DNA of 64,000 bases from Oikopleura dioica. Taxonomy: Eukaryota; Animalia; Chordata. Positions within the stretch are counted from its first letter, which is position 1. Every line of letters begins with the position of its first letter. A model generated the notes under the pieces. It searched no databases, was not told the DNA's origin, and saw only the letters and a list, made by a program, of their open reading frames with translations. The stretch is taken from NCBI GenBank assembly GCA_907165135.1, contig OU015569.1, positions 8,308,001 to 8,372,000 on the forward strand, read 5' to 3'. A program made the translations under genes and the position numbers. Positions 35,806-46,475 of the stretch are shown here, in pieces.

Positions 35806-36620
35806 TTGTTGAGCATGGAAAAACAGGCTCAGGAAACTCAGGCTGGCCTGGCTCACTTAGCTTTGAAAAATGAAGCAATGGAAAGAACGCTAGAATCTGC
35901 ACACGATCAATCCGAAACTAAACTTGGAGAATATCTGCAAAAGCTGGAAAAGAAGTCGCGTAAGCTTCATGAAAAACACAGTACTCTTCTTTCAAGTACC
36001 GTGAATGCTGCAAACTCCAAAATCGAAAATGCAATAGCGAGAATTAATGAAACAGAAACCAGAATACGGTAGGATTCTCTTTTGAGAATAAGAATGAAAG
36101 GGGATTAAGAATGGTAAATCGTCAGACAACTATGCTCGAAGATGCGATCAATGCTGAGAAAAAACGACATCATGAGGTTCTACTGATTAGTATTAATATT
36201 ATATTAACATCTTTTTACAAGGAAATACAGAGATTACAGGCTTCTATCGTCGACAATGAAAGACTTGCAAGCGTTCAGGAAAATGTCAACTTGCTTCAGG
36301 TAAACTTTATTTGAAAGTCTAGTTTCACTTTGATTTTAGAAAGATCTTAGCAATCTGCGAAAGGAGCTCGATGGAAGTCTGGATAAAGAAACTCCTCCGA
36401 GGTAAATGATCAAGCAGAAAACTAGCTTATGAACGAAACCTCGTAGCTTACAAAAACTCGAATACCGCGTCGCAACAATGACGGGACAATTGAACCGCGA
36501 AAGGACCGAGGCCGAACACAAAGTGAAATCGCTGACAAGTTGGATCAAAAAGATTTTCGCCGGCGTCAAAAAGGACTTTGAAGGACATTCAGCGATTCTC
36601 AGGTAATTTTCCGGGTCCTA
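35806..36620 (+). CDS. Hypothetical coiled-coil protein (ends uncertain)
   Basis: Heptad-rich exons 35806-36069, about 36110-36175, about 36220-36300 and about 36340-36600 with GT donors. Confidence 0.45.
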
Positions 36621-37092
36621 ACGGTCAAAATTATTAACGAGTGTCCTCGTTGCACCGCGGGAACATCAATAGTAAAATTTTCATTTGAAGCGAAAAATTT
36701 ATTACCGCTCATTCTTTGAAAGTTACTCATAAAAAACCATATCCATTTTAAAGTGTCACTGAGAAATTCCAGTAATTATGCAATCAAACGGAACAAATAT
36801 TACTGAGACTATGTATTCTTTACGTTCTATGACAGTGTCTATGCTCTGTACATGCTAAAATCGGAGATAAGATATCTCAATATAGTACCAATTTGATCAC
36901 GCGAGAGGGTCAGTTATCTTCAAGAGGGGAAAAGAAAGGATCTTACAGTGCAAGACTTACACAAAAAAGACATCGCCCGCAACAGGTATATCGTGATCAT
37001 CGCAAATTCGAGAATCGTCACGACTTGTACGAGTTGCTCTGTCACCAGTCCTAAATGTATGATTTTACTAAATAAATCATCAAGGGTTCTTT

Positions 37093-37700
37093 TTACCTTC
37101 GCGATTGGTTGTTGTATCCTGGAAAAGCCCGATCTGGGATAGTAGCGCAAGAGCTCATTCGTCTTTCTCGTCTCCGATCATCCAACCTCTAAAATTTAAG
37201 TTCAACTTTAATACAATGAAGGATATCTTGATTGAGCGTTACTTACGAAGTAAATACACAGTCCAAATCCACAGACAATTGCTAAAAGCAGGAGGACGAG
37301 GGCAATACCAATAATTGTTATTATGTACGGTCCGAACTCTCCAGCTGAATAAAGAGCATGATTTTTTTCATCCAGTTAGGAAATATTACCATAATAGATA
37401 TCCAATCGACAAGCAAAGTCGCTAGCCTCACAGAGCGCTGGAGTCGCTAAAAATTTTATTTATTTCTAAAATCATCAGGACGAAAGTACTCGGGGGTATT
37501 GTTGGGAGAGCAGGACGTAGATGCCCACTGACACCTTGATGGAACAGTTCAAGAGGCATTTTCGTTTATTTTCAAAGTCTCTTTCAAATAACTGATATTT
37601 TGGTCTTGATGATTCTTGCAAAATGAATTATCAAGAGTGAGGAAACTGGAGCGCGATTCAAAATTTTGCGATAGGAATGCTCCTGAATCACCCACCCCTT
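37093..37700 (-). CDS. Hypothetical single-pass membrane protein, 3' part only resolved
   Basis: ...ATPALCEASDFACRLDIYY|AGEFGPYIITIIGIALVLLLLAIVCGFGLCIYF|RLDDRRRERRMSSCATIPDRAFPGYNNQSRR*, joined by GT-AG introns. The upstream frames contain stops. Confidence 0.45.
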
Positions 37701-37835
37701 GATTCAGGATTCCTGATGAACCGGCGACGACTCCTCAAATGGGTCGGTCTAAAATGGTCAAAGGGGCCCCAAAGCTTAGAGTTAACTTGATAACATCAAA
37801 ATTGTCTTTGATAATTTAGTCATAGAAACGGGGTT

Positions 37836-38085
37836 CTCCGCTTTGTGTTGGTGCTAAAAACTCACAGTGGCCAAGTACGGGCAGGTGTCAAGCTGTGCAA
37901 ATAGGATGCAACGGACCCACCGACACGCGTAACCTGTTGCGATGTCCTGCAGAGACTGGTCCTAGCACCAATTTCGAGCAACGCTCGGTGTGAGATCGCT
38001 TCAAAATCAGCAAGCTAAGCCGAGGATAAGTTCAAAAGTGAAGTTTTAAAAGAGTAAAAATTGGAATTTCATAAAATCAATTACC
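37836..38085 (+). repeat. Arm A of a diverged inverted duplication (partner 38540-38810)
   Basis: 38 nt identical to the reverse complement of 38773-38810 (ctccgctttgtgttggtgctaaaaactcacagtggcca). Similarity is strong to 37996 and weaker to about 38085. Confidence 0.9.
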
Positions 38086-38539
38086 TTGTAAATTACCTCG
38101 TAATTTTTTTTTTGTAGATTTTGATTCTGAGGCCGAAAATAATTTTATCTAACCAAAGCTCACCTAAGCCTGCCCTAGACAAGAAAGTTCGGGTACCAAT
38201 TGGTACTGTCTGCTCAAAATATAGTCCAGGAAAATGTTTCAAGGCAAAAAGAGCAGATTATAGATAGCGATACCGTTTCTTATATTTTTATATTCTTGCC
38301 AACCGAGGCTCTCAGAAGTTGAGAGCATTTTGCAAGACCTGTTCGACCCTGTTGGTAAACCCAGGCTGCGCATTATGAAACTCTGGGTTGGTAAACCTAG
38401 GTGACCGCATGCCACCTTAATCTTCGCTTATAAAAAATATTTTTCATGACTTTATTATGACCCAGGGAATCTAGATTTTTATGACGATTTTGGGGTTCAT
38501 AATCGAAATCTCCGTAAAAAATAAACATATAAGGCGAAA

Positions 38540-38810
38540 TTTCATAAAATTTCAATCTTTATTCTTTATATCTTCACTTTTAACCGGCTGAGCTTGATCC
38601 GATTTTGCAGCTCAGTTCCCCTTATTTATGTTAACATTGGCTCAATCCATCTCACACCGAGCCTTGCTCAGAGTTGGTGCTAGGAAAAGTCTCTGCGGGA
38701 CTTCGCAGTGCGTAGCACATGTCGGTGAGCCCCTTGCATCCTATTTGCACAGCTTGATACCTTGCCCGTACCTGGCCACTGTGAGTTTTTAGCACCAACA
38801 CAAAGCGGAG
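38540..38810 (-). repeat. Arm B of the inverted duplication (partner 37836-38085)
   Basis: The reverse complement aligns with arm A and carries an extra insertion of about 35 nt near 38610-38645. Confidence 0.9.
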
Positions 38811-38865
38811 TGAGCCATAGAAACTCTTCCATAAGAAATTCGCATGATAATCCTTTAAAACAGAC

Positions 38866-39190
38866 ATGGTAAACTTATTTCTTAGCAACATTACTGCGCA
38901 ACAAGAAAAGATCGACGAAGATATGAATTCTTTGAAGATCGCCATCGAGAAAACATTAGACGATTCAAATGACCTCAGGAGGAAGCTCGTTCAAAATGAT
39001 AAAGACCGGGACTTGCGGCTTGCCAAACTAGGTGAAATAGGAAATTTGACTGCGTTTCTAACTGTTCTCAGAACTAACCGTGAAAAACAAAGATGACATC
39101 GCCGATCTGTCGGAACGTATCTACAAAATGGAAATTTTGGAGAAGAAACTTCGAAACCATCCCGAGCTCAAAGAACTAATTGGAGGCTAA
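38866..39190 (+). CDS. Small coiled-coil protein
   Basis: MVNLFLSNITAQQEKIDEDMNSLKIAIEKTLDDSNDLRRKL...LAKL|...DIADLSERIYKMEILEKKLRNHPELKELIGG*. Confidence 0.5.
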
Positions 39191-39378
39191 ACTTTTTTTT
39201 GACCCTTTAAAAATTCTATAAAGCACTGCCAATAAAATAAATTCTGCACGAGAAACAAGTCCGACTTTCATTCCATTCGTGCTTTTTGAACAAGGAGCCA
39301 AGATTGCGCAAATAGCCAATCAAGCTTTCTGAATGTGACACTAGCTACTAGAGAGTTCGTAAATGTTAAAAGCATAAC

Positions 39379-40615
39379 ATGAAGGTAAGGCATTCTAGCG
39401 AAGCGTACGTCATCATTATTCTCGTAGATTTTGTTCGTGGCCCCTTTGAGTGCTGGGTCTGGAAATAGTTCAAGGGTCACAAAAGTAAATAAAAGTACCT
39501 ATCGTCTACTATATCTGTTAGTAACAACCGTTTCTGTCTATTATCTCAATTCTGAGACCTGAAAAGTACGACGTCCAAACGCATTTGTAGCTTCCTCAAT
39601 TCTGCGAATCATGAAGTCGAGCTTGTTAACGCCCTTGAAAACCCCTGTTTTCAGGTAAAAAAAAAGCTAAGAACGAAGTGTCAACGTAAGAAAGATTGAG
39701 GGTACTTACGACTTGGGCATTCTCCTCCACGCCTTCAAAGCGGGTTCCTTTTGGCAAAAAGCAGGACTCTCGATTCCTTACATCGTTATCTATGGTGGAA
39801 CGGACTTGAATATTGATGTTACAACGGATCACAAAGCATCTCTTATAGAAAACATTGTTACAAAAGCAATGAAACGGATCTGTTTTACGAAAGATTTCGT
39901 TCAACTGGCAAGCACCCGCTGGCCCTCAATAACACACTCTTTTCAAGGTAAGACTGTTTCGGAAAACTCTTCTAGTTTTTAGCTCAATCAATAAATCTGC
40001 CCCAATGCCACGAGAATTTCGTTTACAGTCGTCGATCAGAGCTTGTCATTGTCGCAGGACTGAGGTATTGCTTTCTGCCTGGATAAAATAAAAGTGTGTT
40101 GAAGACCTGTAAAAGACATCCACTTCGGAATAGATTGCTTCGAGAAACTGAGAGAAGATTCAACGAGGAACCATTTGAGATTAATGATTATTGGACCCGC
40201 AGTGGATCCGGTTTACGCTGAAGCAGTTTTCGCAAGGATTGAAAAATCTACCAACATCGAGTATATTCCCTTCCTGGAACAAGAAAAGCTATTTGAAAGA
40301 GTCTCCCGAGCACTTTGCAGCATAAACAGTTCTTTGTCAGAAGGGCAATCTGCAGCTATACTTGAAAGCATGGCCCTTGGAGTTCCTGTCCTAGCGCGAA
40401 ACATTGGCGGGAATAGATTCATAGAAGCAACGAACACACTTTACGATTGTCCGATTACATTCTGCCAAAGATTTGAAGAGACCTGCTCGAACGAAATCAG
40501 ATGGAAAAAGACCTCTGAAGACTGCGTTAATTTTGTCAAGAAAAACCACTCTCCTAATGCTGAACGAGATTTTTATTTAAATGTCATAGACGAAGCCAAA
40601 AAAACTAAATTATAG
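39379..40615 (+). CDS. GLT1D1: Glycosyltransferase 1 domain-containing protein 1 (GT-B fold)
   Basis: MK|ILFVAPLSAGSGNSSRV; IPYIVIYGGTDLN; AGLR|PVKD; IIGPAVDP; NSSLSEGQSAAILESMALGVPVLARNIGGN; NHSPNAERDFY. Confidence 0.9.
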
Positions 40616-40672
40616 CCAAAATATCTTTCCTGACAAGTTTCAAGCAATAAATATTACAAACCACAAAAGAGT

Positions 40673-41700
40673 TTATTTGATAGAGAGCCAAAGAAAAATC
40701 TTTTCTTTCAGTGAGAGTGTTTGACTGTTACTGGTACATTGAAAAGATTTAGAAGTTGTTTTTGCATTTCTAAGATTATTTTCCTTCAGCAGGACAGGTG
40801 CAGTCTTCGTAATAATTTTATACTTTCTCTGGCTAGGATAACGTTCTAGGCGGGCTTCCCAAGATGATATAAGCTCCGAAGCGTGGGTAGAAATATCTTT
40901 TTTCGTGGAAGAAAGTCTTCTCCCATCAACAATCCTCTTAACAGTTCTCATCACTCTCATAAGGAATAAATATGAAAAACGTGTACGTAGGCGAAATAAA
41001 TACGACGGTTTCATTGTTTTTAACTACAAAAGATTGTTCTCATAAAAACTCTGGACATGTTCAAACATTAAATTCCTCACTGAGGCCTGCATTCCGACTA
41101 GCCAAAAAGTACTGAAATCCTTCTAGATCAAGGTACCGATCGATTCAAGAGTACAGGATATTGGAAAGCAGTTCAAGGTTCTTTCAATTTCAATCTTCGT
41201 CTTTTGGGTAGTCAGCTGGTTGCGGTGGTGTCTAGGAGAGCACCGAAGAGTAAAGTTATCTCTGTCCGTAACTTATGATACTTTATTCTTTCGGGTACTT
41301 TTTCTCTTGAAGTCGCAACATGGCGATTCACAATCGTTGGGGTCACCAACGGGCCACCCTCGGCCAATACAACTCACTCGGAGTTTCGAACTCACAACCT
41401 CGAGATTCGTTTCGCTGGGGTCTACCAACGGGCCACTCGGGGCCGGGTGCTGGGTCAAAAACGGTCGGTTTATTTACGAGCGAGATCCAAGCGCCCGCTA
41501 AATTTATTTTCGTTCTTTTTATAAAAGTGAATATCTTTTCAATATTCATGAAGATACATAAACAATTTATCTAAAAAATTAAGAGCTCGATAATTAGAGA
41601 TAACTGATGTCTTCGTTGTCGTCATGGAAACAGAAAGATTCGTCCGCAGAGAAATTTTGGAAAGTTACGCTATCAACCGAGAAAATTGAATTTAGGAGTG
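40673..41700 (-). CDS. Possible multi-exon hypothetical gene
   Basis: Segments ...PEWPVGRPQRNESR|GWPVGDPNDCESPCCDFKRK join through a GT-AG intron; the ORF 40673-41014 lies downstream. The overall model was not resolved. Confidence 0.3.
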
Positions 41701-41844
41701 GTTTTCTAGAACACGAGGATTTGTTATCATTTTGAATTAAAAAGTAATCAGTTAAAAGGAGTCTCATAAGAGTAGAAGGCTAAAAATGTCAAAAACGGTT
41801 CCCTTCGGCGCCTCAGTAAGTGTTGAAAACCACGAATAGCAGAA

Positions 41845-43318
41845 ATGTCGCTTCCTAGAGTCTCGAGGACACTGCCTCCACATTTGGATCCTACTAAGTC
41901 CGAGGTTATCGGAAGATCGTTGAAATTATTATTCACTTTGAAATCAAGGAAGAAAACGTATTTTTAGCTGGCGTTCGAAGAGCGCATGTTTCCAAAGCTA
42001 AATGCAGAGATTCAATTTGACAGAGACCAAGAAACGAGAGAACGAGCTTTGAAAAGTCTCTGCGATTTATCCCACAATCAAGTGAAAGCCTATCAAATTT
42101 GCTCGGTAAGCTTATTGATATTAAACCTTATACTGTATTATTATATTATACTGTAATACTATATACTGTATTAGCAACACTTGTACTTAGCATGAAAATA
42201 ATTCATTCTCAAAGGTAACATTCTTGACTTTCATTTAGCTTGGGCTTATGGACTCAATCGGAAAAATCTTAGACGACCCTAACGATCTCTGCCGAGAACT
42301 AGCAACAGAAATTTTCGCCGTCATGTGCACGCACAACATTGGACGAGATGCAGCTCTTAAATTTATTCCTAAATTGTCAGAACTTTTTTCAGGTACAAAC
42401 GGCAGATCATGGCTCGTGCCTAATTTTTACTTAGAGAAAAACGAGAACACGCGCAAAAACGTACATAAAGCTCTTTACTACTCGTCCGAGCTTATTCGAG
42501 GCGTTACTCAGGAAAGGTTTGAAAGGAACCCTATTGATCTTTGACGAGCAAATATAATGAGAACATGCTTTCAACCTCTTATAGATGATTGAGAAAAAAC
42601 TTATTCCTGTGTTTATCAATCTTCTTAAAACAGAGATCGATGATGTTCGTTGCTGGATCATTCAGGTAACACCCCAAATTGTGCTTCTTTGGCGAAATAA
42701 TACTATTAAGACTTTTCATAATTGTTTACGATTTGCTTCGGACGAAGCGCTCCAAAATCAAGGTTTCGAAACGCTCAAAGAACTCCTCGAAGTAGATAAT
42801 GAAATTATTGTGGAATACACACTCAGATCACTGGCTGAAATTACGTTCAACTCTGCCGGAAAGGTAGATTTATAATGAAATTCGGAGTACTCAGCAATTA
42901 TTTTATTTAGGCGCGTGCAAACTCTGACGAGAAACTTGCTGACTTTCTCATTACTATCATCAAGAATAAAAAACGGGGTGTCGAAGTTCGCTCTGCTGCG
43001 TGTGCTGCTTTGGGCTCAGTGTCTATTACTTCACATGGAAAGATCAAATCTGTCGATTGCAAAGCACTTCCACCACTTTGCGACCTGCTCCAAGAAGATA
43101 ACAGCGAGGCCAAGTAAGCCTATCAATCCAAAATTCACCTTATTGTTAAATGTAGACTCATGTCGTTGACGTGCATCTCGATCCTCTCAGAGGTGCCAGA
43201 CGGACGAGCCTATATGCTCGAAAGAGCTGACCTCATCCGTCCCTACATTATGTCCAAGGACGACCTCGTCGCTACAGCCGCAAAAGAATGCATGAGAGTT
43301 ATTCAATGGAAACCGTAA
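41845..43318 (+). CDS. RSPH14: Radial spoke head 14 homolog (RTDR1), armadillo-type repeats
   Basis: MSLPRVSRTLPPHLDPTKSE|LAFEERMFPKL...TRERALKSLCDL...IGRDAAL...VRSAACAAL...GKIKSV...LSEVPDGR...AAKECMRVIQWKP*. Confidence 0.9.
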
Positions 43319-43439
43319 ATAAACTTGTACTATTTTCTAAACGCTAACTTGCACGAAAGCCACGTTGGCAAGAAGTGAATGTCTTGACTTGTCTATTTTT
43401 TCGCAAATGTCTTCAAAAATATATTTTTATGTTTTGTTG

Positions 43440-44264
43440 GCTAGATATGCCTACGAGGCAAAATAACAGATACTTTGTAGTTTCGTTTATGGTTGAGTTG
43501 ATGCGCCAGAGAACTCAAGGAGTTATTACTTCCATCGTGAGATCTTTAATCAGACTTGTTTCGGTACTGAGTAAGTAAAGGGAACTTGTGATGTGCTCTA
43601 GGCGAGGTGTGGAATCTTGAGACGCACATACGACGACTGGTAAACCAGACGTCTGGAAGACCGCTCGGTTGGTTCGACTTTAAAGGGTTCACTTTCTCGA
43701 TTTTTATCACAGAGACAATGACCCACCAAACTGCCGTAAACCATCATGGAGAGCACCTTGTCTACACATCGAGCAGAAGTGCTCTTACCGGATTCACGTA
43801 TTTTTGTTAGAGTTCTTATCTGTCATTTCTTTCTTAATTTACTTTAAGTCTTCCTATGATTAAGTTTATTACTCTATATATCCGCATATAGAAGCATTAG
43901 AAAGAAGATATAATAATTTTGATTTTATTCGAACTCATACGTAGTTTCTTCGTGGCCATCTTATTTATGAACAACTATTATGACAAGATTCCAGAGATCT
44001 ACCACTTCCCTATTCTCGTTATTTTGTTTGGGGCGTTTGCAATTTTGCTCTCTGCTATTTTCATGGAGTAAGAATCACTTCCTATTGATTACTTTTGAAA
44101 TAACTCATTCGTTCAGAACACCAAAAAGCAATCCCATCGATCAGGAAGAGCTCCCTTCATTCATCGCTTCAGAAACAAGCAATAATTATGTAGAAGACAA
44201 ATGTCCGAATTATAGCGATCTTAGCATATGCGTTCCCCCTCCAAAATACAGCGAGGTTGTTTGA
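43440..44264 (+). CDS. Single-pass membrane protein with a C-terminal PPxY motif (5' end unresolved)
   Basis: KIPEIYHFPILVILFGAFAILLSAIFM|ETPKSNP...CPNYSDLSICVPPPKYSEVV* through a GT-AG intron. Confidence 0.45.
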
Positions 44265-44459
44265 TGATCAACATCACAAATAAAATGCTGCCCATCATTT
44301 TTTCGTTTCAAATACTTGCTGTCCTTTATTTGATAATTATAATAGATACAGGTTTTAATACAGAAATATTTATTGCTGTGTTAAGCTTGATAGCGTACTC
44401 AGGCGATTTACAGATGTTTTGGGTGTTTTGGCTACAGATTATTATTGTAAATCGACAGA

Positions 44460-45944
44460 TTAGCGAATGATGAACTTACCTTTGATTAGTGAAGAAAGTT
44501 TGGAGATTGATTTGTTTTTCTGCTCATAAGGTGCGATGATAGGATAGGGCGACGACATTGTTTTTTCTTTATCATACGCTCTTTTGAGGGTAACAGTGAA
44601 ATTCTGGCTCTTCTTAGACGTTGTTTGCCAATCGTCTTTTATCAGTTGAATACTGCTGTTTGGGATGACCGGATGCACCTGAATAAATTGAAATTTTGAA
44701 AGAAAGAAGATTGATTACCTTTTTGATTACTTCTGCTAGAACAAATTGCGGTTCTGCGTTGCGATTGACCCTAATATGGAAGAAACCAGCAGGTTTGTCA
44801 AGAGAAATAAACCAGAAGTGTGCTTTTTCACCTCAAGTATTCCATCCATAGTTGTTATTTGTAAACGGAGTTTTTCTAGTGTGTCAGATAGGTCATCAAA
44901 TGTCCCGTGCAAAAGGACGGTGGCGCACTTCATGAACCATGCCGTGACAGTTAAAATCACAAATAAGTTGAGAAGAATGGAAGCCCCAGAATCGGTTAGT
45001 CGAGGGTCGCTTCCAAGGAGCACAAAGACGTCAGATAACATGATAACAATCAGTGAAGCGCCACTGAATGATGTTTAGTGAACATATTATTTTTTTAATT
45101 TACTTGAGCGCAAGAACGGGATGCGGTTGATCTGTAGAAAAAAGAATCACTTTGAATAGGCGATGGAACTCCGCTTGAAGGGGGTTCGTTGAACAGGATT
45201 TTATCAATTTCGTAAAATGATTGCTGCCGGGATCCAGAAAGTAATGAATTAACAAGTTGAATGCAAATATTATCCCTCCAGCAGAGATGAGAAATGGGTG
45301 CCGAAAATGATGAACGGACTCATCAGATGACACAAAGACTCCTAACGAGTAGAATATACTAGACGCGCACTTGATAATCGTCAGGAAAAATGATGTCAAT
45401 GAGGCTTATTAAAAGTTAGATTTGCAAAATAAAAGCCTCCGTACCTATTATAATCGCGCGATCGAAGCCGTGATGATAGCTCGGAGATGCAATTTTAAAC
45501 CTTGCCCATTGTTCCACAAGTGATACGGACAAAACTAGAATTTGTACGAAAGAGATGAAGATAAAAGTGCTCAACGCAGACGAGTGATCCGAAACGACGA
45601 AGTTGAGAAGATATAAATGGGCAATAATTGTAAAGACTAGTCCTTTGATGACTCTGAGGGATTCTCTTCTGGCAAAAAGAACGGCAGTTTCGGCGAAAAA
45701 CGAACTAGAAAAAGTAAATTTATTGTGGATAGAGACAAAGACTGACTTACGAGAAGAAATTCGTACTAGAAGCTCGCAAGGGGCGGATGGTGCTGTTTAA
45801 GTAAGATTTCTGCATTTCCGCCTTCCCAGTAAGATACGGGTCTTGCTCCGGGTCTGGGTAGCTGTACTTGTCAGCATAGCTGCCGATATCGATTGTCGAA
45901 CGTTCTTGTACAGGAATAACGTCAGGAACTGGTCCAATCATCAA
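44460..45944 (-). CDS. Hypothetical multi-pass membrane protein
   Basis: Several hydrophobic segments (STFIFISFVQILVLSVSLV; SSIFYSLGVFV; GGIIFAFNLLIHYF; ILLNLFVILTVTAWF; LFLLTNLLVSSILG) spread over at least 5 exons. Confidence 0.5.
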
Positions 45945-46475
45945 ATCTAAATAAGCTTAGAGTCAACAAAGTGAAGATTATTTTTATTGCGAAGTGTCAT
46001 GAAATTCCGGTAAGAAAAGCGTTAATGTGACTAGGTGTGACTATTAAGGAATTTGCATGGAATGAATTGGAGGAATACTGAATATGCCAAGGAAAGGCTG
46101 ACGGGTTAATTCAAGGGCGTGAAAGAATCAATAGAATAACAAGCCAAAAATTTGTATAGGCTAGAAAGGAAGTTAGAAAGAAATACAGATCATAATTAAT
46201 ACATGATTAGGCTTGAGCAGTGGTTGCAAGCTTTTAAGGCATGCATGCGTTTCATTTTATTTTTCGATTATTACACGTAAGAATGTAAGCAGTGAATGAA
46301 TTAAATAGAATCAACTAGAAAAGGGAATAATACAAAAAAAAACGGTTTAGAGGTGAGGTAAAATCATCGGGAACTCGAAATTTGGTGAATTTGTTGTGTA
46401 ACGAGTTACTATATATACAGCTGTTAATAGTGTATAAATTCAACTAGAGAAAAATTTTGATACTCCGATTGGGGA

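Noticed and set aside
36920-37194. Plus-strand extension of the coiled-coil gene (...GSFYLRDWLLYPG...)
   Set aside because: It overlaps the better-supported minus-strand TM gene ending at 37093 and cannot be confirmed.
37875-37925. Twister-sister ribozyme resemblance (GCAAGG...TGTGCAAA...GCTCA in arm B)
   Set aside because: The GCTCA element is not kept in arm A (ACCCA) and the junction architecture is incomplete. It is left to the covariance-model scan proposed for this repeat.
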